This document shows, one piece after another, positions 13,001 through 24,823 of a stretch of DNA of 64,000 nt. Within the stretch, counting starts at the first letter, position 1. Every line of letters begins with the position of its first letter. Made by a program: the position numbers and the translations under genes. Source of the stretch: Asterias rubens. Taxonomy: Eukaryota. Below the pieces are notes generated by a model. That model did no database searches, was not told where the DNA came from, and worked only from the letters and a program-made list of their open reading frames with translations. The stretch covers positions 62,001 to 126,000 of the forward strand of contig NW_022985702.1 of NCBI RefSeq assembly GCF_902459465.1. The letters run 5' to 3'.

Positions 13001-16000
13001 GTCCAGTGTTGGTGTTTCAGCCATATTCCAGTTATAGAGGCAGTCAGTCACAACTGTGCTCTTTCTCCTTCAAGTTGATGGCTTGAACCAACCGGTTCTT
13101 GCACAGAGACAGTCAGTCAAAACTGTGCTCTTTCTCCTTCAAGTTGATGGCTTGAACCACCCGGTTCTTGCGCTCCGATGGCCTAAAACCCACGCCCGGT
13201 TTTGAGGCTCTTCCTAGATGGCCTAAAACCCACGCCCGGTTTTGAGGCTCTTCCTAGATGGCCTAAACCCATGCCAGGTTTGAGGCTCTCCCCAGATGTA
13301 CCAATCTAGTGCCAGACGTCAATTTAGAAGAGACACCGTGTAACCAGCACATCAAACCCAGTCATCAAACTTCCGGTAGCTATAATCTTAGAGTCTCTCA
13401 TTTGAATTGTATTAAATCTGCCATGTACATTATTAATTGTTCTATTGCTTTAAATATTGTTGTTTGAGTAAAATAAATTATCATCGTGAATATAATCGCT
13501 GGTTAGGTTTCACTCTTCCTTGTCAAATGTCTCTGTCGTGCTTTAGTTCCTTTTTGACATTGTAATGGACTAGGCGCACGTAACAGAATTGGGGGCTTGT
13601 CCGGGAGCGAACTGAACAAAATTCAGTAAATTCCTGAGCCATTTTAAAATTCAGTGTTTCGATTTCACTTACAAATTTTAAGTGAACCAATTTCTCTGTT
13701 GTTTAACCAGCAATTATATCACGATGGCGGAGAAGTTTTCAATACAAGACTTCGTCGCTGACTTTGAAGAGAGTCCTTTAGGGAGCAAAGTGTTTGGTTT
13801 AAAAAGGACCGAGTTATTTGAGGTTGCCAAACATTACAAAATTTCCGTAGCTGCTAGTATGAAAAAGACTGACCTACGAGCAGTAATTTTGGAACATTTG
13901 GTTGATGTAGAAATTTTGGAAGAATCAATGGTTGAAGAAAAACAAGTAGAGGGTAATGCTCATTCAGTTAAGGCGGCTATTAAACTTAAACAACTTGAGC
14001 TAGAATTTCAGCTAGTAGCGTCAAAGAAATTAGACAAAGAGTTGGAATTGTTTCAGCTGAAACAGCATTCCAAATCCAATGAGCAATCAAGCTAAGAAAT
14101 TTGATCCTACCAAGTTCATTAGATTAGTACCTCCTTTTGAGGAGAAAGACGTTGACAAATATTTCGCTCACTTTGAGAAAGTTGCCGATAGACTTGAGAG
14201 GCCTAAAGATATGCGTACTTTGCTTCTACAGAGTGTACTAGTTGGTAAGGCACAAGAGGTTTATTCCACTTTTCCTATTGACAAAAGCGCTGATTATGAT
14301 TTAGTCAAGGCTGCAATTTTGAAAGCCTACGAACTTGTTCCAGAGGCATATAGGCAGAAGTTTCGTGAAAAATGAAAACGAGAAAACAAAACGTATGTTG
14401 AGTTTGCTTATGAGAAGAAAACCTTGTTCAATAGTTGGTGTAGATCCTGTAAAGTTAAGGAAGATTTTGGCATGTTACGACAGCTAATCCTCCTTGAGGA
14501 ATTTAAGGCTAACATGCCTTATGCTGTCAAAGCGCACCTAGAAGAGCAGAAAGTTACAGATTTAGAATTAGCGGCTGTGATGGCCGATGATTTTGCTTTG
14601 ACACACAAAGTTAGTTTTTTGCATGCTAATGTTCAGGATCACAAGAAAGGCAACAAGACTTTTGTTCAATCTAAACCTGTTTCTGATAATAGGCCAAAGA
14701 CTGAGACAAAACCACAGTCTACCTCTGATGCAAGTTCTAAAGGGTCAACTTCCGATAGCTTTTTTGACACTTCCAAACAAGTACAATGCAATTACTGTAA
14801 GAAATTTGGGCATACTATATCAGTTTGTAATGCATTGAAAAGGAAAAATGCGGCTCTTGCCGAGTCAAAAACTGTTGCTTTTACCAATAGTACATCTCTT
14901 TCAAGCTTAAATAAGTTTGATCACAAAAGGACATCTTTGTCTGACATTAGAGAGGAGTTTATGCCCTTTGTTTCTAAGGGATTTGTATCGCATACAATTG
15001 TCATCTGCATATTTTTATGCTTTTAAAGTGTCAGTATATAAGACTTTTCTGGCAACAAATTTCACCTTTTCAACGCGCGATTTTGTGTGCGCAACGCATT
15101 CGGAATGTACCATTACGATCTTGGGTATTTTTGCGCTCCATGACGTAAGCTTGGTGAGAAAGCAAACACGGCGGTAAAAAAAATAACAAAAACCTTATTT
15201 GTTCACACTTCAACAACAAAAATAAACAGATGGTGATTGTATGAGATATTTATATTTTGCTTTTGTTTAAGGATTTTAGTGCATTTTGAACATGAGTTTT
15301 GTCATGAGTTGTTGGTAATAAGTAGGACCATACTGATGCGGTAAACAACCTTACATCAATCAACACTAGTAGCACTCCATGACGGAAAAACTATTTTGGC
15401 CCCAACAGTACAGGAATCAAAAAACACTTCCCCGCTCTATTCGAGACACTGAAAGTGAAACTGCTCTATACACCCAACCAAAAACTGACCTGAAAAAGAA
15501 TAACAGATTTAAAACCTACTGAATTATGGCCAAAACAAAATCTAAAAACATCCACTCTCGCTCTCAAAGAGTCAAACCTGTGATGTGTACAAGACATGCT
15601 GATGTTTTCGTCTGTCGTGTGGTTCCTAGTGTGATATCTGTAGCCGTCTACGGAACCACTGAGGGTTACCAGCCTATTTTTCTCCATTACATGGACACGT
15701 TTTGGCATACACTCACAGGATTGTCATGTACTCGTACAACACATTTCTTTGATCCAATATAACAGACTTACAAATTGCAACTGATCACGTTCACAGGATA
15801 TTGTCCGCTCAATAAGAAGAGCTGTATGTTAGAGTAGATCATGATGATTGATACTTGATGAGGTAATTTTTTCGTCAGACCTATTTACTATTACAATAGT
15901 ATTTAGTATTAGGAACCGGGCGCCAACTACATCACCCAGATCTTTCGATCCATGATCTATATTATAATATATACTACTTACCTTATATATCTGAGCTTTT

Positions 16001-17426
16001 TCGGTACATGTAAATGTGAAGATACGCAAATTCAACGCTGTTTCTCTCGAAGTAAGTGTAGGCTGCTGATGAGCGAAGTCTGCTTTTGAATTGAAATGGT
16101 GATTTCGCTTTGCCCGGCTGGCCCCCACGCGCGTGGGGGGGATTAACGTGCCACGTCAATGGCTTGTCAATGGCTGTATGGAAGTCCATGCACGCGCCCC
16201 GATCATGCATGCACATACCACGCAGATATCACATGCACACCATTGCACACACGGCATTAGGTGATAGAAGAATAAAAGGCCTGGGTCTATGCAATCGTAC
16301 GTGCTACAAATACAGTGCAGTGGAGATACACAACGAATAAACTTCCGGGGCATGCAGCCGCCGCCGGATGATTGTCAAACAGCCGAAGTAAAAGAGAAGA
16401 AAAAATAAACCAGGTCCCATGCATGATAAACGATAAAATATTCTTTATAATTATTCTATAGCCGTTGCTGTTAATTATTGTCAGAGCTTAATTGTGTATT
16501 TTCTGTCGGAAACAGAAGTGTCAAAGCTGTAATGCGTGGTTTAGTACAAAACATGTATAATTTCGTCAACATCGGTCCCCCATCGGTCCAACCTCGGCTG
16601 GACGACCATTATTTAGTACACGGCGGTCCGTTAGCGGTCCGGAAGCGGCAAACCGATGGTATTTACGCGGCCGTTTAATGGTGGCTACCATCGGCGGACC
16701 ACTGTCGGTAGACGGGCGGCGTGCCGATGCCGCTCATCCGCTTCTCAGCCGCTGGCGGCCCGACGGTGGCTTGCGCACTGGGATACTGCAGGGGTAATTT
16801 CTCAGGGATGAGTTGTATTTTTTTCTTTGTACGACGGTTGGGTCAATGCTTCGTTTTACATATACAAGCTTTTTAGTTAGTATTTTCATGTCTTAAAATT
16901 GATTTAAATGTATCAGCATGTATGTATAGGCCTAGCTGCTGTTTTTTCGGATATAACTAAGCCGCCACACTCTGGAGTGTGAAGTTACAAGCATGGCAAG
17001 CCAAGGGCAAGGGGGAATTCAAATAAAATATTATTTGTTTCAACTCCATCAGACTACACGGTAGTACAGTACAGAGGCATGATAAAATGGTAAATATTCA
17101 TCTTGCCTTTTAATGGCGACTGTGATAAGATCGATGTTAAAAGAGAGCCAATTTACAGCTCAACAAGGTAGGCTAGTAACCCGTTAGCATGGCTATGTTT
17201 TAATTTACTTACCACTGAATCGAATAACTTTTGCTGGACAACGCTTTGCTGCATATGTCGTCTTCTTCTTCCCAGCTTGCCGCCACGTCACTGTCACAAC
17301 TTTGTTTTTGTGGTCCCAGCCATCATTTTGGAGAGGTGGCAGATTTTCAACGCCCGTAATCCACGATGTTTCACCAATTTCAATACAATCTTCTTCGAAA
17401 AAGACGAACAGCGCGTACTTCATCAT
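4046..17426 (-). CDS. Spliced BEN-domain accessory gene of a CACTA-like element, interrupted by a 10-kb nested insertion
   Basis: Exon 1 17426-17213 (MMKYALFVFFEEDCIEIGETSWI...PAKVIRFS, donor g|gtaagt) splices in phase 1 to the exon starting at 6190 (ttcaag|at) to give RFSDRREELVKRRNELTKGG. Exon 4247-4046 has a BEN-type pattern: KLVNDLLSCLCTDEYLATHSLTG...KAAMDIDMVNAIM. Intermediate exons not fully resolved. Confidence 0.7.
8033..10836 (-). pseudogene. Spliced CACTA accessory gene, DUF4806-like C-terminus; stop at codon 3
   Basis: Exon 10836-10641 MT*AVVAFTGEDDDLAIVSTRWLINDKDCYWPP...RVLTTT splices to DSYEMARHRLRRAEDTSDLQTE (about 9885-9795). Later exons: RKYVSDSSDEE (about 9420), coiled coil plus FPLKSLEDVDVLENLL (8720-8490), and EIQREVAHFFKGSADRCGGRKER (8230-8100). 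Confidence 0.7.
10869..12560 (-). CDS. CACTA/EnSpm transposase, main exon; DYMH catalytic-region motif missing
   Basis: LPKDPRTLL, VNVDRLPLFKSS...FWPILG, CDTPARAFIKNVKGHSGYYGCDKC, WKATEFRQLLLY, YNVHGLVHL, FENFLGRLKR. The DYMH motif expected after DMVSTF is absent. Confidence 0.9.
   Translation of the reverse strand, partial: AMPMPTRSLTDCCSRDDMKDDLACWAAEHNITHRALSGILSILQKHHPDLPKDPRTLLQTDTQIITKGVSGGLYYHKGIKEGVLSVLTEACLLCDKVILQVNVDRLPLFKSSGGQFWPILGLVENCRKNGPFVIGLFYGTSKPSNLDFLQDFVDEAERLESDGVMYQTKHFEFNISAVMCDTPARAFIKNVKGHSGYYGCDKCNQYGVYLGKVTFPETDAPLRTDDSFRRKANKGHHLQGSTPLVRLRIDMVSTFRLVKFWLKGPLKNRLSPRDVKGMSTMLVSFRPFTASEFARKPRAISEFERWKATEFRQLLLYTGPLVMRTYLPEDMYHNFMLLSVGIHIFLNPSLCVNNSQYAHDLLVSFIHQFADIYGRDMLTYNVHGLVHLSEEMKLHGHLDNISCFEFENFLGRLKRIESPLQQVARRLSEKRQKDPAHAGCLLQKERHIGPLPAYACYVSSHYSELHREDCTIKCTVGDNCVEIDKDMVVVRNFYTVEQDKFVVFEKFTVVKKMFSYPLDSTHLGICRVSQLSGVLESCEVTAIGRKCVMLPYRKQHVILPLLH
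12665..13585 (+). repeat. 5' LTR of a Gypsy-type retrotransposon
   Basis: Ends ...GTAACA directly before a PBS; start TGTTATG at 12665 is less certain; internal tandem duplications of about 70 bp (13037-13172) and 40 bp (13177-13295). Confidence 0.65.
13590..13606 (+). promoter_or_regulatory. Primer-binding site complementary to the tRNA-Pro 3' end
   Basis: TGGGGGCTTGTCCGGGA versus canonical PBS-Pro TGGGGGCTCGTCCGGGA (1 mismatch), 4 nt after the LTR end. Confidence 0.85.
13724..14990 (+). pseudogene. gag: Gypsy (Gmr1-like) gag with SCAN-like capsid region and CCHC zinc knuckle; frameshift, stop, truncated at the protease boundary
   Basis: VPPFEEKDVDKYFAHFEKVA, LLQSVLVGKAQEVY, AYELVPEAYRQKFR, LRQLILLEEFK, CNYCKKFGHTISVC; ends at PFVSKGFVS. 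Frameshift at about 14085, TGA at 14373-14375; no pol and no 3' LTR. Confidence 0.88.
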
Positions 17427-18227
17427 GCGATGACGCGAATATTATAAATAAACAACAAAAATTACAATGACAAAACAAAGTGAAGTGCAACAGTTCAAAG
17501 TTCTCAGGTCGATGCGTTGCGTGGCCGGGTGGTGCATGGGAAATAAATGCAGGCGTGCGTAGAGAGTCGGTGGTCGTCGAATAGTCTGGTACGTAGCTCT
17601 TTCCTGCATCACACTATAGTAACGGGAGCCGGCTATTGTGGGAGGCGAAACTCAGACATATAGTAATTCCGGGTTTCCGAAACTAGTATCAAGGGTTTAT
17701 TAAAAACTAATTTCAAAAACGAGTGCAATATTTAGAAATTTCATGTTGTAATTTTTAAAATTATAAAATAAAATGGCAGACAATTATGGTACGCTTCTTA
17801 CTGTAATAGAATTGTTAAACTCTTAAAAGCAGAGTACCAGTTTTGCATAGATCTAGTAGTTAATTTAAGAAAGTAACCAGGGAATTAAGTTCAACATCAT
17901 ACCCTCCTAATTAATAGTCTAAAAATACTCAAAACAGTGCTAAATTTATTAAAAACAAAAAAAATAATAATAAAACAGATCTTTATTTCAAACGAAATTT
18001 TTTAAATTTGTTACTTTTGGTCACAACGTCTTCCAGCAGAATTAAAAGTAATAGGAAATTTTGGCCTCGATGATTTCAGCGCGTTTTGTATACATTTTAG
18101 GTCTATGTACAGTACATTGACATGTACATGTACATGCAATCAGTATCGGGCCGGGGCTGGATGACCGACCGAAGACCTCCATGCAGAAAACAAATGTCTT
18201 CGGAATCGGAGAAAAGAAACTCTCAAA

Positions 18228-21200
18228 ATGGCCCACAATGGTAGAGCAAGAGGCCCTTATAAGCGATATCTTCAAGACGATACAAAAGAGGTTCCCAGTC
18301 GTAGTTGCAGCAGATTCAAACGTTACAAGAAATCTCGAGCACCACATACACAACGAATCGTCAACGCCGAACGCGAAGTCGACACATCCCTTCATGATCA
18401 TGCGAGCGAGACGGTCATTAATAACAGGTAGGTAAACCGGTCTGGGAGGAGGTATATCTGTATCTGGCTACATAAATATAGGCTACATATATTAAATCGC
18501 GGAGGCCATTTATGCCCCAAAATGAAAGAATATAACATCAAACTGCCACCTGCAATTTTAGTCTCATAGTAGTCACATTAATAATTTTCTCCTACAGTAC
18601 AACTACAAGCTACATTAACCCTCATAACAAAAAATCCTATACAGAAGAAGTGGGTAATGTCTATTTATATTATAAACAAATATATTTTAGTAAATTAGTA
18701 GTAAGTATTGGGAATTATTGAGGAAAACCTCAAAATTGCGTGTGCAATCTCAACACTGTCCCCACTGAGCAAATCCAAAAACTCAACAGTCTGTTTACTC
18801 ACTCAGTCTTGTCAGTCATTGTCACTCAGTCACTAAGTTAAAGATTACTGGTTAAGACAGTGATCATTTTCTTCTTTTCTTCAGAAGTGCCACAGAGTGT
18901 TTGCCAACAACGTCAAGTGAAATTAGACACCCTGCTTTAGTGCTTTCAGCATGTCCAGTTCCAGAACGGGTGAGTAATTTTTTTCTGTGTTTTATAATCC
19001 GTAACAGGTGCATTTGTGTGCACGTACATGTAACCAAAACTTTGTAGGGTGCGGACCGTGACCTTAATCCCACCGGCACCACCTAATAATGGTTGACGTT
19101 ATTAGCATTTTATCTTGCAACAACGGAGAGCAATCTCAAAATTGCGAGCACATTTTTCAATTGAACAATTATCCAAAGAATGCGCTCAACAGTTGCCAAG
19201 CGTAGCAATTGATGTATTTACAAGTGCTTGCAGTCTTCTGCTGTCAAGTATAAAAACTGTTTACACATACATAGGCCCTGATGTCTTGTGTTCTGGCTGC
19301 TTTGGTGGTCATCATGTTATATATCAATTAATCCATCAACCTATTTGTACGCTGATCAGTAGGTCACATCTAATTTCAAAAGGCAAATCGGACTCCCATC
19401 CATGAAAAATAAGTTATAAAAAAGTACATGTGCCAATATTTTTTTACTCTTGAAGATTACTGTATTCTGTCCCATTCTAATAAATTTTGACACTGGTGTG
19501 GTTTGACATCAATATTCATGATTCCTAACTAACTTTGCAAACATCACAAACAAATATTCACGAGCAAATATCATAAACATTTTGTTCTGTTGCATGCAGG
19601 TTCACAGCAACATTTATTCTTCTGATAATGGCGATGATCAATCAGAGCCTAATCACTCTGGCTCCGAAGATGGCGATGATCGACCACAGGCTCATCACTC
19701 GGACTCCGAAGATGGCGATGATCGACCAGAGGCTCATGACATGCAGGTACAGTTTACTGTTTTGTGTGCAGTCCCCTTAAACCTTTAGTTGAACAAAATT
19801 GACAAATCATTGGCATGCCATGTGCACAAAACTTGTTACCGTTTCTCACAGACTGGAAATTACATGTCTATATCTTTCCGCTGCATACATATATTGTAAA
19901 GGATTAGATTTTCTCGGTTAGAGCGGTTCACATGGTGTTACTAAAATCATTCATTTCTTATTTTGTACCTATAATAATGCCCTTCATCTGTCTTTTGTTG
20001 TTTACCTTTCCGCAGGGAGCACATGAGAAAGTTTCAGCTGGTTCAGCTCTGACAAAGTTTCAACTACTGATACTGCTTCTAAGCTTCGTCATCCGACACC
20101 ATCTGAGCGACAGTGGACTTGGTGACTTGTTGAAGATTTTAAACCTCATCCAACTAGACTGTGTCCCTAAAACTAAGTATCGGTTTTATGCGAACTTTAA
20201 GACAACCAAGGAAACAGTTGAAATGCACTTCTACTGCGATGATTGCCTTGCCTATATTGGCATGGACCCTCTAGTTTCCCACTGCCCAGATTGTAAATGT
20301 CCTTTTTCCAAAAGAGACAGTAAATGTAGGGGAAATTTTTTCTTGTATCTTCCGATAGCCCAACAACTTAAAGAACTGTTCGAAAATCCAGGCCTTGCAA
20401 ATTTAATCAGGACACCTGTTAATAATGGAAATATCAGGGATATCTCGGACGGACTAAGTTATCAAAAGCTAAAAGCAAACGGTGCATTTAATGACAGACA
20501 TAGCATATCATTGATGTGGAACTCGGACGGTGTCCCTTTATTTAAAAGCTCAAATTATTCACTAAACCCCATTCAATGTATAATTAATGAGGTTCCACCA
20601 AAAGAACGATCAAAAAATGTAATCCTTGCAGCTTTGTGGTTTGGCCCAAGAAAACCCAAAACAGAGACATTGTTTCGCCCTTTCGTTTTTGAAATGAACA
20701 AATTAAAGCGAGAGGGTGTGACATTTAAAATAGGTAATGAAACCTTCTGTTCAAAGGTGTGTGCACCACTTTGTTCTTGTGACTCTCCTGCTAGAGCACC
20801 GCTGCAAAACATCAAGCAGTTCAATGGGTTACATGGATGCAATTTTTGTTTACATCCTGGAGAAACGGTTGAAAGAGGCCATGGCAGATGTAGAGTTTAT
20901 CCATTAACAACTCCATTGCCTGAACACAGGACTGCCCAAAACATGAAAGTCCATGCAACCCAGTCAATTGAGCAAAGAGAATGTGTATTTGGTGTCAAAG
21001 GGCCCACGGTATTGTCTTGTTTACCAAGATTTGATATTTCGTGGGGATTTGTTCCAGAATACATGCATGCAGTTGCACTTGGTGTTGTGAGGTCATTTGT
21101 TTCGAAGTGGTTTGATTCAAGTTCACATAATACAGCATATTATCTTGGACGAAACGTTAATGAGGTTAACAAGCGACTTACTTCCATTAAACCGCCAAAT

Positions 21201-21275
21201 GAAGTGTCTAGACTTCCAAGATCTATGAAAGAGTCAACATTTTGGAAAGCTACTGAGTGGAAAAACTTCCTGGCT
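18228..21275 (+). pseudogene. Second CACTA/EnSpm-family transposase, spliced, 3'-truncated
   Basis: Exon 1 RGPYKRYLQD...VP; acidic repeat exon 19600-19746; main exon from 20016 with CxxC pairs, SLMWNSDGVPLFKSS, CDSPARAPLQNIKQFNGLHGCNFC, PEYMHAVALGV, WKATEWKNFL, then unrelated sequence. Confidence 0.88.
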
Positions 21276-21483
21276 GTATCACAGTAAAATTATACTAACC
21301 AAATACAGTTTTCACTTTAATTTTAATATAAGTATACTGTAGTTTTACTATATAATTAACATATTTTGTTTAATATAGTAAAACTACAGTAAGTGAAACT
21401 TCATTTGTACTTCAAATATTATAGGTTTACTTTGGATAGTACAATAAAACTATAGTAAAAATACAGTCGATTTTTATAAGGGA
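21276..21483. mobile_element. Candidate CMC-type terminal fragment (possible right end of the second CACTA-like element)
   Basis: AT-rich block with repeated actacagta/tactgtag motifs ending TTTTTATAAGGG; begins where the transposase breaks off; no matching left end found. Confidence 0.35.
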
Positions 21484-22839
21484 TGCCATGGTTAGATCGC
21501 TCCATTATTTTGCAGGAATGGCGCACTGGGTACAACTATTCACCCATTGTGCAAACAGGTGAAACTGTCCACATTGCACCAGTCACTCAAAATATTAGAT
21601 TCAAAGAACAAAGTAAATGACGTCAATGACGCCATAGACATTATCATTTTAAAAAAAGCCCTCACGTATTAGAGCTTCTTAACTAGAATTTCTTTTAACT
21701 AATTTAAAATGCTTAATTTATCATACACAAACATGGTATGGGAGAAAACTCCCTAGAAATTAAGTTCGCAAAGATACTTCTTTCAATATTATTTTGAAAT
21801 ATCAGAAATTCAACTGAAGTTGTTGATCTTAAGTTAGCTTAAATTTGTCAATCAAAGCTATAACTAAAATATCTAGAATTACTGGCAGGTACTGTAGGTT
21901 ACTTCTTTTATCTTCACCTTTTGTTTTTTTTGTAGACCAAGTAAGTCGGCTACAACATCATCCGCGTTAAAGTATTTTTTTATCACTTGACTAATTTTAC
22001 TATGAGTCAGAAAAAAAAAGAGATCAAAAAGTTTTCACTCCCGACCATGATGACACTGTCAAAGGAATTAACGTATTTCCTGAATGTCGCTCTTTGACCA
22101 TGTACAATATTTACACACCACCGGTGGTGTTCACTGGAGTGAACGAGATTACGTAATACATTAAACAAGTGAATTGAAAATTTTACAGTATCGCTCAATT
22201 CGTGGAAAATATCTGAGTGATTTTGACAAAAGCATGACGTCACAGTTGTGGGTTAAGTAGCATCATGCCCTCAGTGAGCGCGCCATTCGCGGGTTCGAAT
22301 GGTGCGCACCTCTGGCATTATCCTGTACATAAATGAGAAGCTAGTTTGGCTGGGTGTAGCTGAATGAGTATGTCACCAAAGATAAGGACACCAATGTCTA
22401 TTACTAAGCAGAATCATTTAAGATTTTGTGACCAGATGAACTTGGGTTAGAACTCCTTGAACATAAAGCATGGCTTGCAGGACACATGATTTTAAACAAT
22501 TTTTCATTAGGATACACACAAAATTTTCAAATTAAATTCCTAGAGTCATACAAGCCCTTCAACCTGACTTTCACTAATCATGACCAGAAATATTTCAACC
22601 AGTCCAGTGAGAGCCAAATCAAGATTTCAGGAGAGCTTGGACACACCACTTCATCATACAATTGAAAAAGTGTTGACATTTTTGGACTGAGGCAATTATA
22701 TGCCTTCCAGCAGTTTGATATGATTGTGGATCCAATGGCAACATATTCTTAAATCCAAGGAGTAAGTGTTGCTGAATCCCGTTTGGACACCTCAATCACA
22801 ATAATGTCTTAGCAAATAATTTGGATCAGTTGAAGACAA

Positions 22840-23202
22840 TTAAAGATGCTATGTCAGATATTTGGCCCCAAACATTAAAAAAAAATTGTTTTTGAGTGAA
22901 TGGTATTTCAATGAGTATCACCCGCTGTAACGAAAAAAAGGTTAACTTTTACTTTTAATGGTCAGGAACCATGACAAAAAATTAAAACGGTTATTGTAAA
23001 ACACACAATAATTGGTCACATGATCCCGACAAAATCTATTTTTGAGCACTTTGTTTCACTACTACTAATAATTGGCGGACTTTTTCGAGCAATGGCTCAA
23101 ATGAAAGCTTGTAACTTTCTCGACCCCCATCAAAATACCTATTGAATTTTAAATCAAAATTTTTGAGTCAAATCGGCCAAAAATCTGACATAGCATCTTT
23201 AA
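22840..23202. mobile_element. TTAA-flanked MITE (Kolobok/piggyBac-type target)
   Basis: ttaaagatgctatgtcagat...atctgacatagcatctttaa terminal inverted repeats. Confidence 0.75.
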
Positions 23203-23924
23203 TTGTGGAGAAGTTATGATGTGAGTACCAGAGCTGCCAACAAAGTTCCATGAAAAAGCAACTCGATCATCTTTCCTTGTTCCGATTAACAAGTTTTAAT
23301 TCTCCTAGATTATGAATTTTTTCCCCCTTCTGCTTATTGGCAGATATTTATACTATATGGGGCAGAAGGTATGTTATGTTGACTAGATGTAGTCAACAGA
23401 ATTTGCCTGGATTTATTAAAACAGAGGTGGAAATCTTGGTTAGGCTCTCACTGTTCTTGTGAAAATCTTTCAGATCTTTATTAAATGTAAGCCATTAAGA
23501 TAAGTTTATGTACAATCCCGTAAAAACATCTTCATCAATTGTTTTTTGTTATCATTTGACTAAAGTATTAATTTAAACCAGTTTTGATTTGTGTCCTCAA
23601 ACGTATCTATGCAGACATGATATTCTTCCCACTACTCTAATTTCAGATTCGTTTTTATCCTACTTTCCTCCAACGGCCAAATATCATGCCTGTTTATGTA
23701 CAGTATGTGAGTGGTATGTTAATTTGGCTAGATGTAGCCAACTGAGTGTGCCATAACTATTTGATGGACACCAAATCCCACTTACTGAAGGCACCTGTAC
23801 CTGTCATTGAGAATATAGTGGGAATTGTAATTTGTCTTCCACCCAACTGAGAATGCCATTCTGGGATTGTCAAAAAGGTTTAACATATTAGCTATTTGTA
23901 GTGAGATAAATCACCCTAGTTCCT

Positions 23925-24098
23925 TTAAAGGAACACATTGCTGTGTTCGCGATGTAAAAGACAAACTGTGCAATTTTGAGTAAATCTTGTGTGGATCATT
24001 AAATATTCTACTTTATAACCATTTACATTTCATAACAAACGGTTTCAAATGCTTTTAAAAGACAAACTCGTGCGATCAAAGGCAACATGTTCCTTTAA
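23925..24098. mobile_element. TTAA-flanked MITE
   Basis: ttaaaggaacacattgc ... gcaacatgttcctttaa termini. Confidence 0.65.
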
Positions 24099-24141
24099 AT
24101 ATATCTGTCACTAAATTATGTAATCTTGGCTTTGTATAGAG

Positions 24142-24823
24142 CATGGAGGAAGGAAGAGAAGGAGTTTGACTGGCCTGCCAGGGTATTCACAAAGTCGTCT
24201 TTGATTACAGGGTTTCTTGTCGCACGTCTCTCACACAGCGAGAATCAAGCTCTGATATAACATTGGAGTTACCAAATTCGAACTCACTAACGGATTCGAC
24301 TATGCATGCACAGTAGCTGTGTCCAGGGTGTTTAAGTGCGCCATGTTTCCATGTAATTTTATAAAACAAGCTGAATTTTTGGATGGTTTGAACGTCGCGA
24401 TCTGCTTTTTTTGCCGCAAGAACAAGGGATATTTGTATCCATTTTTGAAGAAAATATTATGAGAAATATGGGATTATATTTGATATTTGTGTGATAATAT
24501 GGGCATTCTAACCTTTTCCTAAAGTTCAATTAAGGGATCGTGTACATGATGGTTTCCTTTGTCTATTTGAATATTCTGTTTGGTGGAGCGATGTGGAGCA
24601 TTTTGATTATGAGGCAGTTTAAAATTGATATTGGACAAAACTTTGTCAGAAATGCTACATAATGCATGCGCCCATCTTGCCACAATGCAACGCGGCTTGT
24701 GTCTGGCTTGGGCCCTTAGCGGAATTTGCGCTTTGTTACCCACAGCTGTTTTACATCCGTGACAAGAAAGTCTGTGTCTTTAATATGAAGCTCACTTGAA
24801 CTCCTTCTCTTCCTTTCTCCATG
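24142..24823. mobile_element. Non-autonomous TIR element with CATG...CATG ends and a 7-bp TSD (P-element-like)
   Basis: TIR catggaggaaggaagagaaggagtt versus aactccttctcttcctttctccatg; direct repeat TATAGAG at 24135-24141 and 24824-24830. Confidence 0.7.

Larger units (their letters stand above)
6713..16782 (-). mobile_element. CACTA/EnSpm (CMC) DNA transposon with both termini, about 10.07 kb including a nested Gypsy fragment
   Basis: Imperfect TIRs CCCAGTTAGCAATAAACGGTTGGTCCACTAGCGG versus right-end reverse complement CCCAGTGCGCAAGCCACCGTCGGGCCGCCAGCGG (24/34 identical); 2-bp direct repeat AT at 6711-6712 and 16783-16784; GC-rich subterminal blocks; internal transposase. Confidence 0.85.

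Noticed and set aside
22255-22320. tRNA gene (GGTTCGAAT)
   Set aside because: No A box at the right distance and no cloverleaf; the motif is part of a simple hairpin.
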